Of a stretch of 64,000 nt of DNA, positions 30,281-40,476 are shown piece after piece; within the stretch, counting starts at the first letter, position 1; every line of letters begins with the position of its first letter. The stretch lies in the sequence record CP071152.1. One strand, written 5' to 3'. The notes under the pieces are model-generated. The model was given only the letters and a program-made list of their open reading frames with translations, was not told the origin of the DNA and searched no databases. This DNA is from a plasmid. The position numbers were made by a program, and so were the translations under genes.

Positions 30281-31756
30281 ATGAGTTTAATTATTAAAGC
30301 GAGAAACATACGCTTGGATTATGCTGGGCGTGATGTTTTGGATATTGATGAATTGGAAATTCACTCTTATGACCGTATTGGTCTTGTGGGTGATAACGGA
30401 GCAGGAAAGAGTAGTTTACTCAAAGTACTTAATGGCGAAATTGTTTTAGCCGAAGCGACATTACAGCGTTTTGGTGATTTTGCACATATCAGCCAACTGG
30501 GCGGAATCGAAATAGAAACGGTCGAAGACCGGGCAATGTTATCTCGCCTTGGTGTTTCCAATGTACAAAACGACACAATGAGTGGCGGAGAGGAAACTCG
30601 TGCAAAAATTGCTGCCGCATTTTCCCAACAAGTACATGGCATTCTAGCGGATGAACCAACCAGCCACCTTGATCTCAATGGAATAGATCTACTTATTGGT
30701 CAACTTAAAGCATTTGATGGAGCATTACTTGTTATCAGTCATGACCGATATTTTCTTGATATGGTTGTAGACAAGATATGGGAGTTAAAAGACGGTAAAA
30801 TTACGGAATATTGGGGTGGTTACTCGGATTACTTGCGTCAAAAAGAAGAAGAGCGACAACACCAAGCCGTAGAATATGAGCTGATGATGAAGGAACGGGA
30901 GCGATTAGAATCTGCTGTGCAAGAAAAACGCCAGCAAGCTAATCGATTAGACAATAAGAAAAAAGGAGAAAAATCCAAAAACTCTACCGAAAGTGCTGGA
31001 CGACTTGGGCATGCAAAAATGACTGGCACCAAGCAAAGAAAACTGTATCAGGCAGCTAAGAGTATGGAAAAGCGTTTGGCTGCATTAGAAGATATTCAAG
31101 CACCAGAGCATTTGCGTTCTATTCGTTTTCGTCAAAGTTCAGCCCTAGAACTGCACAATAAGTTCCCGATTACGGCAGATGGTCTGAGCTTAAAATTTGG
31201 TAGCCGTACTATCTTTGATGACGCTAACTTTATAATACCGCTTGGCGCTAAAGTCGCTATAACTGGATCGAATGGAACAGGGAAAACGTCCTTGTTAAAA
31301 ATGATATCAGAACGTGCTGATGGATTAACCATATCTCCAAAAGCTGAAATTGGCTACTTTACACAAACAGGATATAAATTTAACACGCATAAATCTGTGC
31401 TCTCCTTTATGCAGGAAGAGTGCGAGTACACAGTTGCGGAAATTCGTGCAGTATTGGCTTCAATGGGGATCGGAGCGAATGATATTCAAAAAAACTTATC
31501 CGACTTATCGGGAGGTGAAATCATCAAACTGCTTTTATCCAAAATGCTTTTAGGAAAATATAATATTTTGCTTATGGATGAACCAGGAAACTATCTTGAC
31601 CTAAAAAGTATTGCCGCATTAGAAACAATGATGAAGTCCTATGCAGGAACTATTATCTTCGTATCTCATGACAAGCAATTGGTCGATAATATTGCTGACA
31701 TTATCTACGAGATCAAAGACCACAAAATCATCAAGACTTTTGAGAGAGATTGTTAA
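30281..31756 (+). CDS. msr(E): ABC-F ribosomal protection protein Msr(E) (macrolide resistance)
   Basis: 491 aa with two ABC domains (GDNGAGKS and GSNGTGKT) and a linker. The sequence matches Msr(E) as recalled. Confidence 0.9.
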   Translation: MSLIIKARNIRLDYAGRDVLDIDELEIHSYDRIGLVGDNGAGKSSLLKVLNGEIVLAEATLQRFGDFAHISQLGGIEIETVEDRAMLSRLGVSNVQNDTMSGGEETRAKIAAAFSQQVHGILADEPTSHLDLNGIDLLIGQLKAFDGALLVISHDRYFLDMVVDKIWELKDGKITEYWGGYSDYLRQKEEERQHQAVEYELMMKERERLESAVQEKRQQANRLDNKKKGEKSKNSTESAGRLGHAKMTGTKQRKLYQAAKSMEKRLAALEDIQAPEHLRSIRFRQSSALELHNKFPITADGLSLKFGSRTIFDDANFIIPLGAKVAITGSNGTGKTSLLKMISERADGLTISPKAEIGYFTQTGYKFNTHKSVLSFMQEECEYTVAEIRAVLASMGIGANDIQKNLSDLSGGEIIKLLLSKMLLGKYNILLMDEPGNYLDLKSIAALETMMKSYAGTIIFVSHDKQLVDNIADIIYEIKDHKIIKTFERDC

Positions 31757-31811
31757 TGATAGCCAATCTAATCCGAACATTAATTATTGAACTCTTTAAA
31801 GGAAATTAAAA

Positions 31812-32696
31812 ATGACAATTCAAGATATTCAATCACTTGCTGAAGCACACGGCTTGTTGCTTACGGACAAAATGAATTTCAATGAAATGGGCATTGATTT
31901 TAAGGTCGTTTTTGCTCTTGATACAAAGGGGCAACAATGGTTGCTGCGTATTCCTCGTCGTGATGGCATGAGGGAACAAATCAAGAAAGAAAAACGCATT
32001 TTAGAATTGGTAAAAAAACATCTTTCTGTAGAGGTTCCTGATTGGAGAATTTCATCTACAGAATTAGTGGCTTATCCCATACTTAAAGATAATCCTGTTT
32101 TAAATTTGGATGCTGAAACCTATGAAATAATTTGGAATATGGACAAAGATAGCCCGAAATACATAACATCTTTGGCAAAAACCTTATTTGAAATCCATAG
32201 TATTCCTGAAAAAGAAGTTCGGGAAAATGATTTGAAAATTATGAAACCTTCAGATTTAAGACCTGAAATAGCAAACAATTTGCAGTTAGTAAAATCTGAA
32301 ATTGGTATAAGTGAGCAATTGGAAACCCGCTACAGAAAATGGTTGGATAATGATGTTCTATGGGCAGATTTCACCCAATTTATACATGGCGATTTATATG
32401 CTGGGCATGTACTAGCTTCAAAGGATGGAGCTGTTTCAGGCGTTATTGATTGGTCAACAGCCCATATAGATGACCCAGCGATTGATTTTGCTGGGCATGT
32501 AACTTTGTTTGGAGAAGAAAGCCTCAAAACTCTAATCATCGAGTATGAAAAACTAGGGGGTAAAGTTTGGAATAAACTATATGAACAGACTTTAGAAAGA
32601 GCAGCGGCCTCTCCTTTGATGTATGGTTTATTTGCCTTAGAAACTCAAAATGAAAGCCTTATCGTTGGAGCAAAAGCTCAGTTGGGAGTTATATAA
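31812..32696 (+). CDS. mph(E): Macrolide 2'-phosphotransferase Mph(E)
   Basis: 294 aa from 'MTIQDIQSLAEAHGLLLTDKMNFNEMGIDFKVVFALDTKGQQWLLRIP'. It has the APH-fold motifs 'HGDLYAGHV' and 'DWSTAHIDDP'. Confidence 0.9.
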   Translation: MTIQDIQSLAEAHGLLLTDKMNFNEMGIDFKVVFALDTKGQQWLLRIPRRDGMREQIKKEKRILELVKKHLSVEVPDWRISSTELVAYPILKDNPVLNLDAETYEIIWNMDKDSPKYITSLAKTLFEIHSIPEKEVRENDLKIMKPSDLRPEIANNLQLVKSEIGISEQLETRYRKWLDNDVLWADFTQFIHGDLYAGHVLASKDGAVSGVIDWSTAHIDDPAIDFAGHVTLFGEESLKTLIIEYEKLGGKVWNKLYEQTLERAAASPLMYGLFALETQNESLIVGAKAQLGVI

Positions 32697-32941
32697 TTTA
32701 AAAATATGATTGCTGAGAACTGCCTTGTTTTGAAACTTGGTTGGCTTTAATTAGTTTTTAGTATTCTTTATAGAAAATGCCTCGATCAAGGGGCATTTCT
32801 AACAATCATTTAACATAAAATTTCTTATGTGAAGTAACCTGAATGCAGCGGTGCCCCATTGGGGGCCCCCGGTGTCAGAATAGTTGTCGCCTAATCTGAA
32901 TAATCTAAATGTGAAGACCGGGGGCGGATAAAGAGTGTCGA

Positions 32942-33442
32942 ATGGCTCGTTATTCAAGTGAGCGCAAGGCTGCTTTGCTCAAGAAGCTGCTGCCGCCCAT
33001 CAATATGTCGGTGGCCGAGTTGGCTCGGCAGGAAAACATCAGCGAGGTCACTCTGTATAATTGGCGCAAACACGCCAAAGACGGAGGGTCTCCTGTGCCC
33101 GGGGACAACAAACTGACCGATGAATGGCCCGCCGAGGCCAAGTTCGCCGTCGTGCTGGAAACCGCTGCGCTTTCCGAGATTGAACTCAGTGAGTACTGCC
33201 GCCGTAAGGGTCTCTATCCCGAGCAAGTCCAGCAATGGCGCCAAGCCTGTATTCTGGGCCAGCAATCCGCTCGTACCTTACAACAGGCGGAGAAGGCACA
33301 GGCCAAAGCGGACAAGAAGCGTATCCGGCAACTGGAGCAAGAGCTGCGGCGCAAAGACAAGGCCCTGGCCGAGGCGGCAGCTCTGCTGATATTGCAAAAA
33401 AAGCTCGATGCCTACTGGAGCAACGTCGACGAGGACAACTGA
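32942..33442 (+). CDS. IS3-family OrfA (HTH), outer copy
   Basis: 'MARYSSERKAALLKKLLPPINMSVAELARQENISEVTLYNWRK'. The slippery site GCAAAAAAAGC is near 33395. Confidence 0.85.
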   Translation: MARYSSERKAALLKKLLPPINMSVAELARQENISEVTLYNWRKHAKDGGSPVPGDNKLTDEWPAEAKFAVVLETAALSEIELSEYCRRKGLYPEQVQQWRQACILGQQSARTLQQAEKAQAKADKKRIRQLEQELRRKDKALAEAAALLILQKKLDAYWSNVDEDN

Positions 33443-34473
33443 CCTCGTTGCCAGAGCGGCAGCAATACGTTGCATGGTGGCGCGAAGCGCTTGAAGCTGG
33501 CGCCCGCAAGCATCCTGCGGCCGAGGTATTGGGGCTGAGTCTGCGCACGCTCCAGCGCTGGTTGGCCGGGCCTGAGCTGAGTGCCGATAGGCGACCGGAT
33601 GCGGTTCGTTCCATACCTGCTCATGCATTGAGCCCAGAGGAGCGGCAGGCCGTGCTGGACGTCTGCAATAGCCAGGAGTTCGCCTCGTTGCCGCCGAGTC
33701 AAATTGTGCCACGGCTGGCCGACCAGGGGCGCTACTTGGCCAGTGAGTCGAGCTTCTATCGCATCTTGCGGGCGGCTGACCAGCAGCACAGGCGTGGCCG
33801 GAGCCAGCCACCGCGTCATGTGCCGGTACCAACCAGCCATACCGCGACTGGGCCCAATCAAGTGTGGTCCTGGGATATCACCTACTTGCCGTCACTCGTG
33901 CGCGGCCAGTATTACTACCTCTATCTGATAGAGGACATCTACAGCCGCAAAGGGGTGGGCTGGGAAGTGCATGAGCAAGAGTGCGGTGAACGGGCGGCGG
34001 CGTTGCTGCAACGGAGCATCATCCGCGAGCAGTGCTGGAAGCAGCCGCTGGTCTTGCACTCGGACAACGGCGCGCCAATGAAGTCAGTCACGCTGCTGAC
34101 CAAGATGCATGACCTGGGTGTCACGCCCTCGCGGGGACGGCCTCGGGTCAGCAACGATAATCCGTACTCGGAGTCATTGTTCAGGACGCTGAAGTACTGT
34201 CCGCAGTGGCCATCAGACGGCTTTGCCAGTCTGGAAGCGGCCAGGGAGTGGGTGCGCGACTTTATGGCCTGGTATAACGAAGAGCACCGGCATAGCCGTA
34301 TCCGCTTCGTCACACCCAACGAGCGGCATCGGGGTGACGATAAAGCCCTGCTGGCGAAACGGGATGCTGTGTACCAGGCCGCCCGAGCACAACACCCAGC
34401 GAGGTGGAGTGGCAAGACGCGAGACTGGACACCTATCGGCCCCCGGTGTCAGAATAGTTGTCGCCTGACCTGA
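33235..34473 (+). CDS. IS3-family OrfB (DDE transposase), outer copy; the last codons run into the inserted copy
   Basis: 'WSWDITYLP...HSDNGAPM...YNEEHRHSRI'. It is in the -1 frame relative to orfA. Confidence 0.85.
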   Translation: MAPSLYSGPAIRSYLTTGGEGTGQSGQEAYPATGARAAAQRQGPGRGGSSADIAKKARCLLEQRRRGQLTSLPERQQYVAWWREALEAGARKHPAAEVLGLSLRTLQRWLAGPELSADRRPDAVRSIPAHALSPEERQAVLDVCNSQEFASLPPSQIVPRLADQGRYLASESSFYRILRAADQQHRRGRSQPPRHVPVPTSHTATGPNQVWSWDITYLPSLVRGQYYYLYLIEDIYSRKGVGWEVHEQECGERAAALLQRSIIREQCWKQPLVLHSDNGAPMKSVTLLTKMHDLGVTPSRGRPRVSNDNPYSESLFRTLKYCPQWPSDGFASLEAAREWVRDFMAWYNEEHRHSRIRFVTPNERHRGDDKALLAKRDAVYQAARAQHPARWSGKTRDWTPIGPRCQNSCRLT

Positions 34474-34515
34474 ACCATTTAAAAGTGAAGACCGGGGGCG
34501 GATAAAGAGTGTCGA

Positions 34516-35016
34516 ATGGCTCGTTATTCAAGTGAGCGTAAGGCCGCTTTGCTCAAGAAGCTGCTGCCTCCCATCAATATGTCGGTTGCTGAGTTGGCTC
34601 GTCAGGAAAACATTAGCGAGGTCACTCTGTATAATTGGCGCAAACAAGCCAAAGACGGAGGGGCTCCTGTGCCCGGGGACAACAAACTGACCGATGAATG
34701 GCCGGCCGAGGCCAAGTTCGCCGTCGTGCTGGAAACCGCTGCGCTTTCCGAGATTGAACTCAGTGAGTATTGCCGCCGCAAGGGGCTCTACCCCGAGCAG
34801 GTCCAGCAATGGCGCCAAGCCTGTATTCTGGGCCAGCAATCCGCTCGTGCTCTACAGCAGGCCGAGAAGGCACAGTCCAAGGCGGACAAGAAGCGCATCC
34901 GGCAACTAGAGCAAGAGTTGCGTCGTAAAGACAAGGCCCTGGCCGAGGCGGCAGCTCTGCTGATATTGCAAAAAAAGCTCGATGCCTACTGGAGCAACGT
35001 CGACGAGGCCGATTGA
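34516..35016 (+). CDS. IS3-family OrfA, nested copy
   Basis: About 97% identical to 32942..33442. Confidence 0.85.
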   Translation: MARYSSERKAALLKKLLPPINMSVAELARQENISEVTLYNWRKQAKDGGAPVPGDNKLTDEWPAEAKFAVVLETAALSEIELSEYCRRKGLYPEQVQQWRQACILGQQSARALQQAEKAQSKADKKRIRQLEQELRRKDKALAEAAALLILQKKLDAYWSNVDEAD

Positions 35017-35043
35017 CCTCGTTGCCAGAGCGGCAGCAATACG

Positions 35044-36066
35044 TTGCATGGTGGCGCGAAGCGCGAAGCTGGCGCCCGCAAGCATCCTGCGGCCGAGGTG
35101 TTGGGGCTGAGTCTGCGCACGCTCCAGCGCTGGTTGGCCGAGCCTGAGCTGAGTGCCGATGGGCGGCCGGATGCGGTTCGCCCTACGCCAGCCCATGCCT
35201 TGAGTCCAGAGGAGCGGCAGGCCGTGCTGGACGTCTGCAATAGCCAGGAGTTCGCCTCGTTGCCGCCGAGTCAAATCGTACCACGGCTGGCCGACCAAGG
35301 GCGTTACTTGGCCAGCGAGTCGAGCTTCTATCGCATCTTGCGGGCGGCTGACCAGCAGCACAGGCGTGGCCGGAGCCAGCCACCGCGTCATGTGCCGGCA
35401 CCAACCAGTCATGCCGCGACCGGGCCCAATCAAGTGTGGTCCTGGGATATCACCTACTTGCCGTCACTCGTGCGCGGCCAGTATTACTACCTCTATCTGA
35501 TAGAGGACATCTACAGCCGCAAAGGGGTGGGCTGGGAAGTGCATGAGCAAGAGTGCGGTGAACAAGCGGCGGCGTTGCTGCAACGGAGCGTCATCCGCGA
35601 GCAGTGCTGGAAGCAGCCGCTGGTCTTGCACTCGGACAACGGCGCGCCGATGAAGTCGGTCACGCTGCTGACCAAGATGTATGATCTGGGTGTCACGCCC
35701 TCGCGGGGACGGCCTCGGGTCAGCAACGATAATCCGTACTCGGAGTCATTGTTCCGGACGCTGAAGTACTGTCCGCAGTGGCCATCAGACGGCTTTGCCA
35801 GTCTGGATGCGGCCAGGGAGTGGGTACGTGACTTTATGACTTGGTATAACGAAGAGCACCGGCATAGCCGTATCCGCTTCGTCACCCCCAACGAGCGGCA
35901 TCGGGGCGAAGATAAAGCGCTGCTGGCGAAACGGGATGCGGTGTATCAGGCGGCCCGAGCGCGACATCCAACCAGGTGGAGTGGCAAGACGCGAGATTGG
36001 ACACCGATCGGTGCCGTGATGCTGAATCCTGATAGGTCCGAACCAGAGCAAAAACAGGCAGTTTAA
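35044..36066 (+). CDS. IS3-family OrfB, nested copy (expressed by -1 frameshift from orfA)
   Basis: The DDE motifs are conserved. The ORF track shows only the part after an internal Met. Confidence 0.85.
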   Translation: MHGGAKREAGARKHPAAEVLGLSLRTLQRWLAEPELSADGRPDAVRPTPAHALSPEERQAVLDVCNSQEFASLPPSQIVPRLADQGRYLASESSFYRILRAADQQHRRGRSQPPRHVPAPTSHAATGPNQVWSWDITYLPSLVRGQYYYLYLIEDIYSRKGVGWEVHEQECGEQAAALLQRSVIREQCWKQPLVLHSDNGAPMKSVTLLTKMYDLGVTPSRGRPRVSNDNPYSESLFRTLKYCPQWPSDGFASLDAAREWVRDFMTWYNEEHRHSRIRFVTPNERHRGEDKALLAKRDAVYQAARARHPTRWSGKTRDWTPIGAVMLNPDRSEPEQKQAV

Positions 36067-36230
36067 AACAGGTTTACGCGACAACTATCTTGAAAAACGC
36101 CGTCGGTGCCGTGATGCTAAATCCGGAGCGGCCCGAGAAACCCGAGCCGGAGCAGAAAGAGGCTGCTTAAAACAGCTTTGCGCGACAACTATCTTGAAAA
36201 ACGCCGGGGGCGCGTTGAGATAAGCCTCTT

Positions 36231-36842
36231 TTAGATAACTTTAGCAACTCGATAGACAGTTGCAACTCCACAATTCACTGCTTTGGCAATTTCTTCCTTA
36301 GTCATATTGCCAACTACTAGCAATTCTTTTATTCGTTTATGTTTAGCCTCATTTGCCTTCTTGCCTGTTGGTTTGTAACCCGAACGTGCCAGGCCCTGCT
36401 TAATACGTTCTATACGTTTCTCATTGTCTAGGCGGGCCATTGTTGCCAGAAGATCAATCAACATATTGTTGATGAGTTCCAAGATTGAATGAGTAATGCT
36501 GTCACTGGTTTGAATCATTTGGTAGGTAGTAGGAAGATCTGCTACGACTAAACGAAGTCCCTTCTCCTGGATCCTGCGCTTCAGCTCTTGAAAATCTCGT
36601 TGGGTTAGGCGTGATAAGCGGTCAATACTTTCAACTAACAATGTGTCACCTTGATTTGCTTCTGACAGTAGCTTATTCAATTCAGGTCGGTCTACCTTCG
36701 TACCACTATAGTTTTCCACGTACACAATGGTTTCACCCAAATTCAAGTTTTGGTTTAGATCCTGAAGAATCTGCAAAGCCCTTTCTGCATCTTGATCTTT
36801 AGTTGAAGCTCGTAGATAAATACGTGTATTCATTTCTATCAT
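36231..36842 (-). CDS. Small serine recombinase (resolvase/invertase family)
   Basis: 'MNTRIYLRASTKDQDAERALQILQD' with a catalytic Ser. It has a C-terminal HTH 'EIAKAVNCGVATVYR'. GC content is low. Confidence 0.8.
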   Translation of the reverse strand: MIEMNTRIYLRASTKDQDAERALQILQDLNQNLNLGETIVYVENYSGTKVDRPELNKLLSEANQGDTLLVESIDRLSRLTQRDFQELKRRIQEKGLRLVVADLPTTYQMIQTSDSITHSILELINNMLIDLLATMARLDNEKRIERIKQGLARSGYKPTGKKANEAKHKRIKELLVVGNMTKEEIAKAVNCGVATVYRVAKVI

Positions 36843-36849
36843 TTAATCT

Positions 36850-36960
36850 TAATTCTATTAGATTAATGATAATACTATCATTTAATTATTGCATTAAGTC
36901 TAATGATAGATATTGTATGCGATTTGGCTCGCTATCATTCAGGTATAGTCTTTTGATAAA
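36850..36960. promoter_or_regulatory. Putative res/recombination site: the AT-rich palindrome TAATGATAATACTATCATTTAA and repeated TAATGATA motifs
   Basis: Read directly in the sequence, immediately upstream of the recombinase gene. Confidence 0.4.
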
Positions 36961-37050
36961 AAAAGCATGACTAAAAGCCATGCCTTGGGAATTCGTATAA
37001 CGCCCATTATGTTAATTTTAGTTTTCCTTAATACGACAAAAATATCTACT

Positions 37051-37674
37051 TCATTTCACGAGAATTTCTTTTGCTAAAAGTTCTTCTTTCGTTACACCGA
37101 AATATCTTATTTCTAATTTAGGCCTGCCTAACATCTTTAAAAGATTGTTTTCATCATTTATATTTTTTATAGCTTTGCTTACACAATCAATTACGTCATT
37201 AGTTTTAGAAATAGCTTCTTTTTCAGATACTTGATCGCTTACTTTTCGAGATATTAAGTCATCAAAATATATCCTATATTCTTCACAAACTAGATAAAAA
37301 TAAGGGTCTAATCTATCTAAATCATATTCAGATTCAAAGGGTTTACGATCTAATAAATCTTTTTCAGGATAAATAATCAATTGTCCTGCATCGAACCAAA
37401 ACTCCACAGAAAAATTATCAAACTCAATTCCATTTAAATCATTACTAAAATTTTGAAAATACTGTAATAAAAGATTTTCTATATCCTCTAAAAACTCTTT
37501 ATTCTTAATATCAAATATTAAAGATTCATTAGAAATAGCTTTGATACAATCTTCTTGAATATCTAACCCCTTTAAAGTCATTTTTACTCCATTTAAATTT
37601 TTAGGTTTTGGTGCATTAAGAATTTTGATTAACTTAACATAATGGGTATTAAGTGTAGTGTGTTTGTCTATCAA
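37051..37674 (-). CDS. Hypothetical protein from low-GC DNA
   Basis: A 207-aa ORF with about 28% GC, which contrasts with its surroundings. Confidence 0.5.
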   Translation of the reverse strand: MIDKHTTLNTHYVKLIKILNAPKPKNLNGVKMTLKGLDIQEDCIKAISNESLIFDIKNKEFLEDIENLLLQYFQNFSNDLNGIEFDNFSVEFWFDAGQLIIYPEKDLLDRKPFESEYDLDRLDPYFYLVCEEYRIYFDDLISRKVSDQVSEKEAISKTNDVIDCVSKAIKNINDENNLLKMLGRPKLEIRYFGVTKEELLAKEILVK

Positions 37675-37701
37675 TAAGAGATTTATCTAATTTAATTCAA
37701 G

Positions 37702-37745
37702 CCCCCGGCGCAGGTGGTAACCACCCCCGGCGCAGGTGGTAACCT
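37702..37745. repeat. Tandem 22-bp duplication CCCCCGGCGCAGGTGGTAACC(A/T) at the AT-rich/GC-rich junction
   Basis: Read directly in the sequence. Confidence 0.6.
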
Positions 37746-37946
37746 GACAAGCCACAAAAACGCCCGCAAACCCTTGTCAGGGGATGTAAGCCGGAACCCC
37801 AGAAATTTCCGTCACCCTAGTTGGGTGGGCTCAACACTCGTGTCACCAGCTACCTTCTGGAGAATCGAGCTCGGCCATCCCTCCCTGGACGGGCATCGCT
37901 CGACGATGTTCAACGGCTCCCTCACGGGGCCGTCGTTTTGTGGGGG

Positions 37947-39194
37947 CTATTCCATCCACAAGTCGTCGAGGTTCTTGAAGTTCCAGAGCGTCGGGTCTTC
38001 GGGGCCAGTGATACTGTCCTTGCAACTCGTGGCCGCCAGGTCGATGGTCTGCATCGGGATCGGCTCTCTCGAGCGTAGCGAGAAGAACACGCGAACCTTG
38101 GGAGTCAGCAGTGATTCCATTCCCGGCTCAACGACAACGGCCAGACGCTGAGAGGACAGGCGAACCAAGGAGCCGACGGGGTAGATGCCCACGGCCTTGA
38201 CGAAGGCGTGGAAGATGCGTTTGTCGAAATGGCCCTCCCACTTGGCCATCTGCCGCATCGCCGCGGACGGGTCCCACGGCTTTTTGTAGGCTCGCTCCGA
38301 CGTCACGGCATCATAGACGTCGCAGATTGCGCCCATGCGGGCCAGGAGTGAAATGGCGTCACCGGCCAAGCGATCCGGGTAGCCGGTTCCGTCGATCTTC
38401 TCGTGATGGTGCAGGGCAATGTCCACCACCCCGGGCTCGGCCCCGCCTGCGCGCAGCATCTTTGCGCCCTCCACAGGGTGGCGCTTCATGATGGCGAACT
38501 CGGCATCGGTGAGCTTGCCTGGTTTGTTAAGCACTTCCAGCGGCATCGCGGCCTTGCCTAGGTCGTGCATCAGTCCGCCGATGCCAGCCAGGCGCGTTTG
38601 CTCCTCGTCTAGATCGAGATGCCGGGCCAGCGATAGCATCAGGGCGCAGACGGCAACCGAGTGCAGGTAGGTGTAATCGTCGTGCGTTTTGATGCGTGCG
38701 ACGCTGATGAGGGCATGAGGTTGGCGCAGCACCGAGGCAGCGATTTCTCCGACCAGCGGCAACGTCGTGCTTGGGTCGACGGCCTTGCCAAGCCGGGCTT
38801 CCTGGAACATGTCCATGACTTGGGACTTGGCCGCAAGACAGAGTTTCCGTGCATAACACATTTCGCTCTCCATTGAGGTTGCGCCGTCACTTTTCTTGCT
38901 TAGTGGACTAGACGGCAGAGATTGCTCCTCCGACAATTCTCTGGGCTCTGGGCTCTGGGCTCTCTGGGCTCTGGGCTCTGGGCTCTCTGGGCTCTCTGGG
39001 CTCTCTGGGTCGACTTGGCTTTTGGCCAAGTCGACCCAGACCTCCCCGACGCCACATTCTCGAATGGCAGAGAGATCCTGAGGCTCGGTCAGCAGGAAGC
39101 TGCCGCGCCAGAATGGGTGTCGAAACCAAGAGCCGGCGAGCTTGTGGATGTACATGCCGAGACGAAGCTCGGATACGGGAATGCGTTTTACCAA
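37947..39194 (-). CDS. HD-GYP domain c-di-GMP phosphodiesterase with an N-terminal PESPE repeat tract
   Basis: 'HDLGK...HHEKIDGTGYP' gives the HD and GYP motifs. The N-terminal region contains 'PESPESPESPEPRAQRAQSPEPRE'. Confidence 0.75.
   Translation of the reverse strand: MVKRIPVSELRLGMYIHKLAGSWFRHPFWRGSFLLTEPQDLSAIRECGVGEVWVDLAKSQVDPESPESPESPEPRAQRAQSPEPRELSEEQSLPSSPLSKKSDGATSMESEMCYARKLCLAAKSQVMDMFQEARLGKAVDPSTTLPLVGEIAASVLRQPHALISVARIKTHDDYTYLHSVAVCALMLSLARHLDLDEEQTRLAGIGGLMHDLGKAAMPLEVLNKPGKLTDAEFAIMKRHPVEGAKMLRAGGAEPGVVDIALHHHEKIDGTGYPDRLAGDAISLLARMGAICDVYDAVTSERAYKKPWDPSAAMRQMAKWEGHFDKRIFHAFVKAVGIYPVGSLVRLSSQRLAVVVEPGMESLLTPKVRVFFSLRSREPIPMQTIDLAATSCKDSITGPEDPTLWNFKNLDDLWME
38935..39005. 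repeat. In-frame tandem repeat (CTGGGCTCT-like 9-bp units) inside the HD-GYP gene
   Basis: 'ctgggctctgggctctctgggctctgggctctgggctctctgggctctctgggctctctggg'. Confidence 0.8.
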
Positions 39195-39311
39195 CTTATT
39201 TTCCTTTCTGAGTTGGGTGGTTAGGCGTGCGCCGAGGCTGGCACCCAGCGGTAGAGCGGAGGTAAGGTCACGCCAAGATTCTTGGATCAGCCGGAACCGC
39301 CGAAATTTCCG

Positions 39312-39704
39312 TCAGCCGATCAACATGGCTTTGTCTCGCGCTCGGTCGATGCGTTCCTGCATCGCCTGCATGACTTCTTCGTGGGTGTACGACTTGGCGT
39401 TGGGGTCGTCGGCCTCTCGGAGAGCTTCCTCGACCTCGCGGGTCATCCGCGCATATTCTTCCGGCCACAGCGCTTGCTCCATGCGCAGCGACGCCTGCCC
39501 AAGCAGGTGCAGCAGGCCGAACAGCCGCATGTCATTGGTGGCGACGACGTGCTCTCGAATCCGCTCCTGGATCACCTCGCAGGCCCGATGCGCCTCTGGC
39601 GTCGCCGTGCCCTCGTAGCCGGCTGGGAGTTCTGCTTCTTCAGCGATTCGCGCCCAAGCGATAGCCAGCGCCTCGATGGTGGACAGGTTCATTTGCTCAT
39701 CCAC
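39312..39704 (-). CDS. Hypothetical protein
   Basis: A 130-aa ORF in the same orientation as the flanking minus-strand genes. Confidence 0.35.
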   Translation of the reverse strand: MDEQMNLSTIEALAIAWARIAEEAELPAGYEGTATPEAHRACEVIQERIREHVVATNDMRLFGLLHLLGQASLRMEQALWPEEYARMTREVEEALREADDPNAKSYTHEEVMQAMQERIDRARDKAMLIG

Positions 39705-40015
39705 TTGCGCAGCAGACGCTTTTTCAGGGAGGCGCGCTCTTGCGGATTGCGTCCCTTGTGGTTGGCAATGCGATCCGCCGTGGCGGCCTGGCGCTTGATG
39801 GGCCAGTAGGAGCGGCCATCCTTACCCATCGACCAGACGTTGCTGACCTGGTTTTCCAGTAGAGGCAGATGGGCGCATAGAGCTTCCGGCGACGCGCTGG
39901 CCAGCGCGGTGCGCTCGTGGGTTCGCCAGCGCTGATGCCAGAGTTTCTTGTCCTCGCGCTCGCTACGGCAGGTCGTGTGCCCAACGATGGGCGTTTTGCG
40001 GCGGCTGCGGCTCAT
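39689..40015 (-). CDS. Hypothetical basic protein (MSRSRRKTPIVGHTTCRSEREDK...)
   Basis: A 108-aa ORF with a basic N-terminus typical of small phage/ICE accessory proteins. Confidence 0.35.
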   Translation of the reverse strand: MSRSRRKTPIVGHTTCRSEREDKKLWHQRWRTHERTALASASPEALCAHLPLLENQVSNVWSMGKDGRSYWPIKRQAATADRIANHKGRNPQERASLKKRLLRKWMSK

Positions 40016-40038
40016 GATGTGGTTGTCTCCAAGAACAT

Positions 40039-40476
40039 TCAGGACAGGCTTTCTGGGTAGAGCGCCGTCAACCGGGACAGGGTTTCTTGCACTTGTTCCA
40101 GCGAGGTCATCAGATGATCAACCTGATCCTGAAGATCCACGGCGAGATCAAATAGCTCAGCCACTCGGCTGCGTGATCCCTCGTTGAACGCGGCCATTGC
40201 CAGTTGATGCAGCTTCAACAGGTCGGTGCGCAGTTGCGGAGGTGCGCCGTCTGCGCTGTCATTCAAATCGCCGCGCAGCACGTCCACGGCATCGACTGCA
40301 CGCAGCAGTGCCGTGGTATCGAAATTCTCGGGAGTCAGTTCGTCCCATTCGTCGTCGGTGATGCGGGCTGCCATCAGGAGAGCTCCGATTAAGCGGTTGC
40401 GAGCGTTAGATGCCCGATCGGCTCGGCTGCTGGCCGTACCTTGATTTCGATGTCGTAGCCGAGGCGATTCAGACAA
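40039..40476 (-). CDS. Hypothetical protein
   Basis: A 145-aa ORF. Confidence 0.3.
   Translation of the reverse strand: MSESPRLRHRNQGTASSRADRASNARNRLIGALLMAARITDDEWDELTPENFDTTALLRAVDAVDVLRGDLNDSADGAPPQLRTDLLKLHQLAMAAFNEGSRSRVAELFDLAVDLQDQVDHLMTSLEQVQETLSRLTALYPESLS

Larger units (their letters stand above)
32866..36210 (+). mobile_element. IS3-family insertion sequence (orfA/orfB with an A6G slippery site) carrying a nested second copy of itself
   Basis: The outer copy is 32866-34439 plus 36107-36210. The inner copy is 34440-36106. Copy 1 breaks at 'cctatcgg|cccccggtgtcag' and resumes at 'tcggtgccgtg', a TCGG duplication. The terminal IRs are about 27 bp: GGCCCCCGGTGTCAGAATAGTTGTCGCC. Confidence 0.8.

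Noticed and set aside
38935-39005. Possible CRISPR array suggested by short repeated units
   Set aside because: The units are 9 bp and perfectly tandem, with no spacers. They lie inside the HD-GYP coding sequence and encode a PESPE tract, so this is a coding microsatellite, not a CRISPR.
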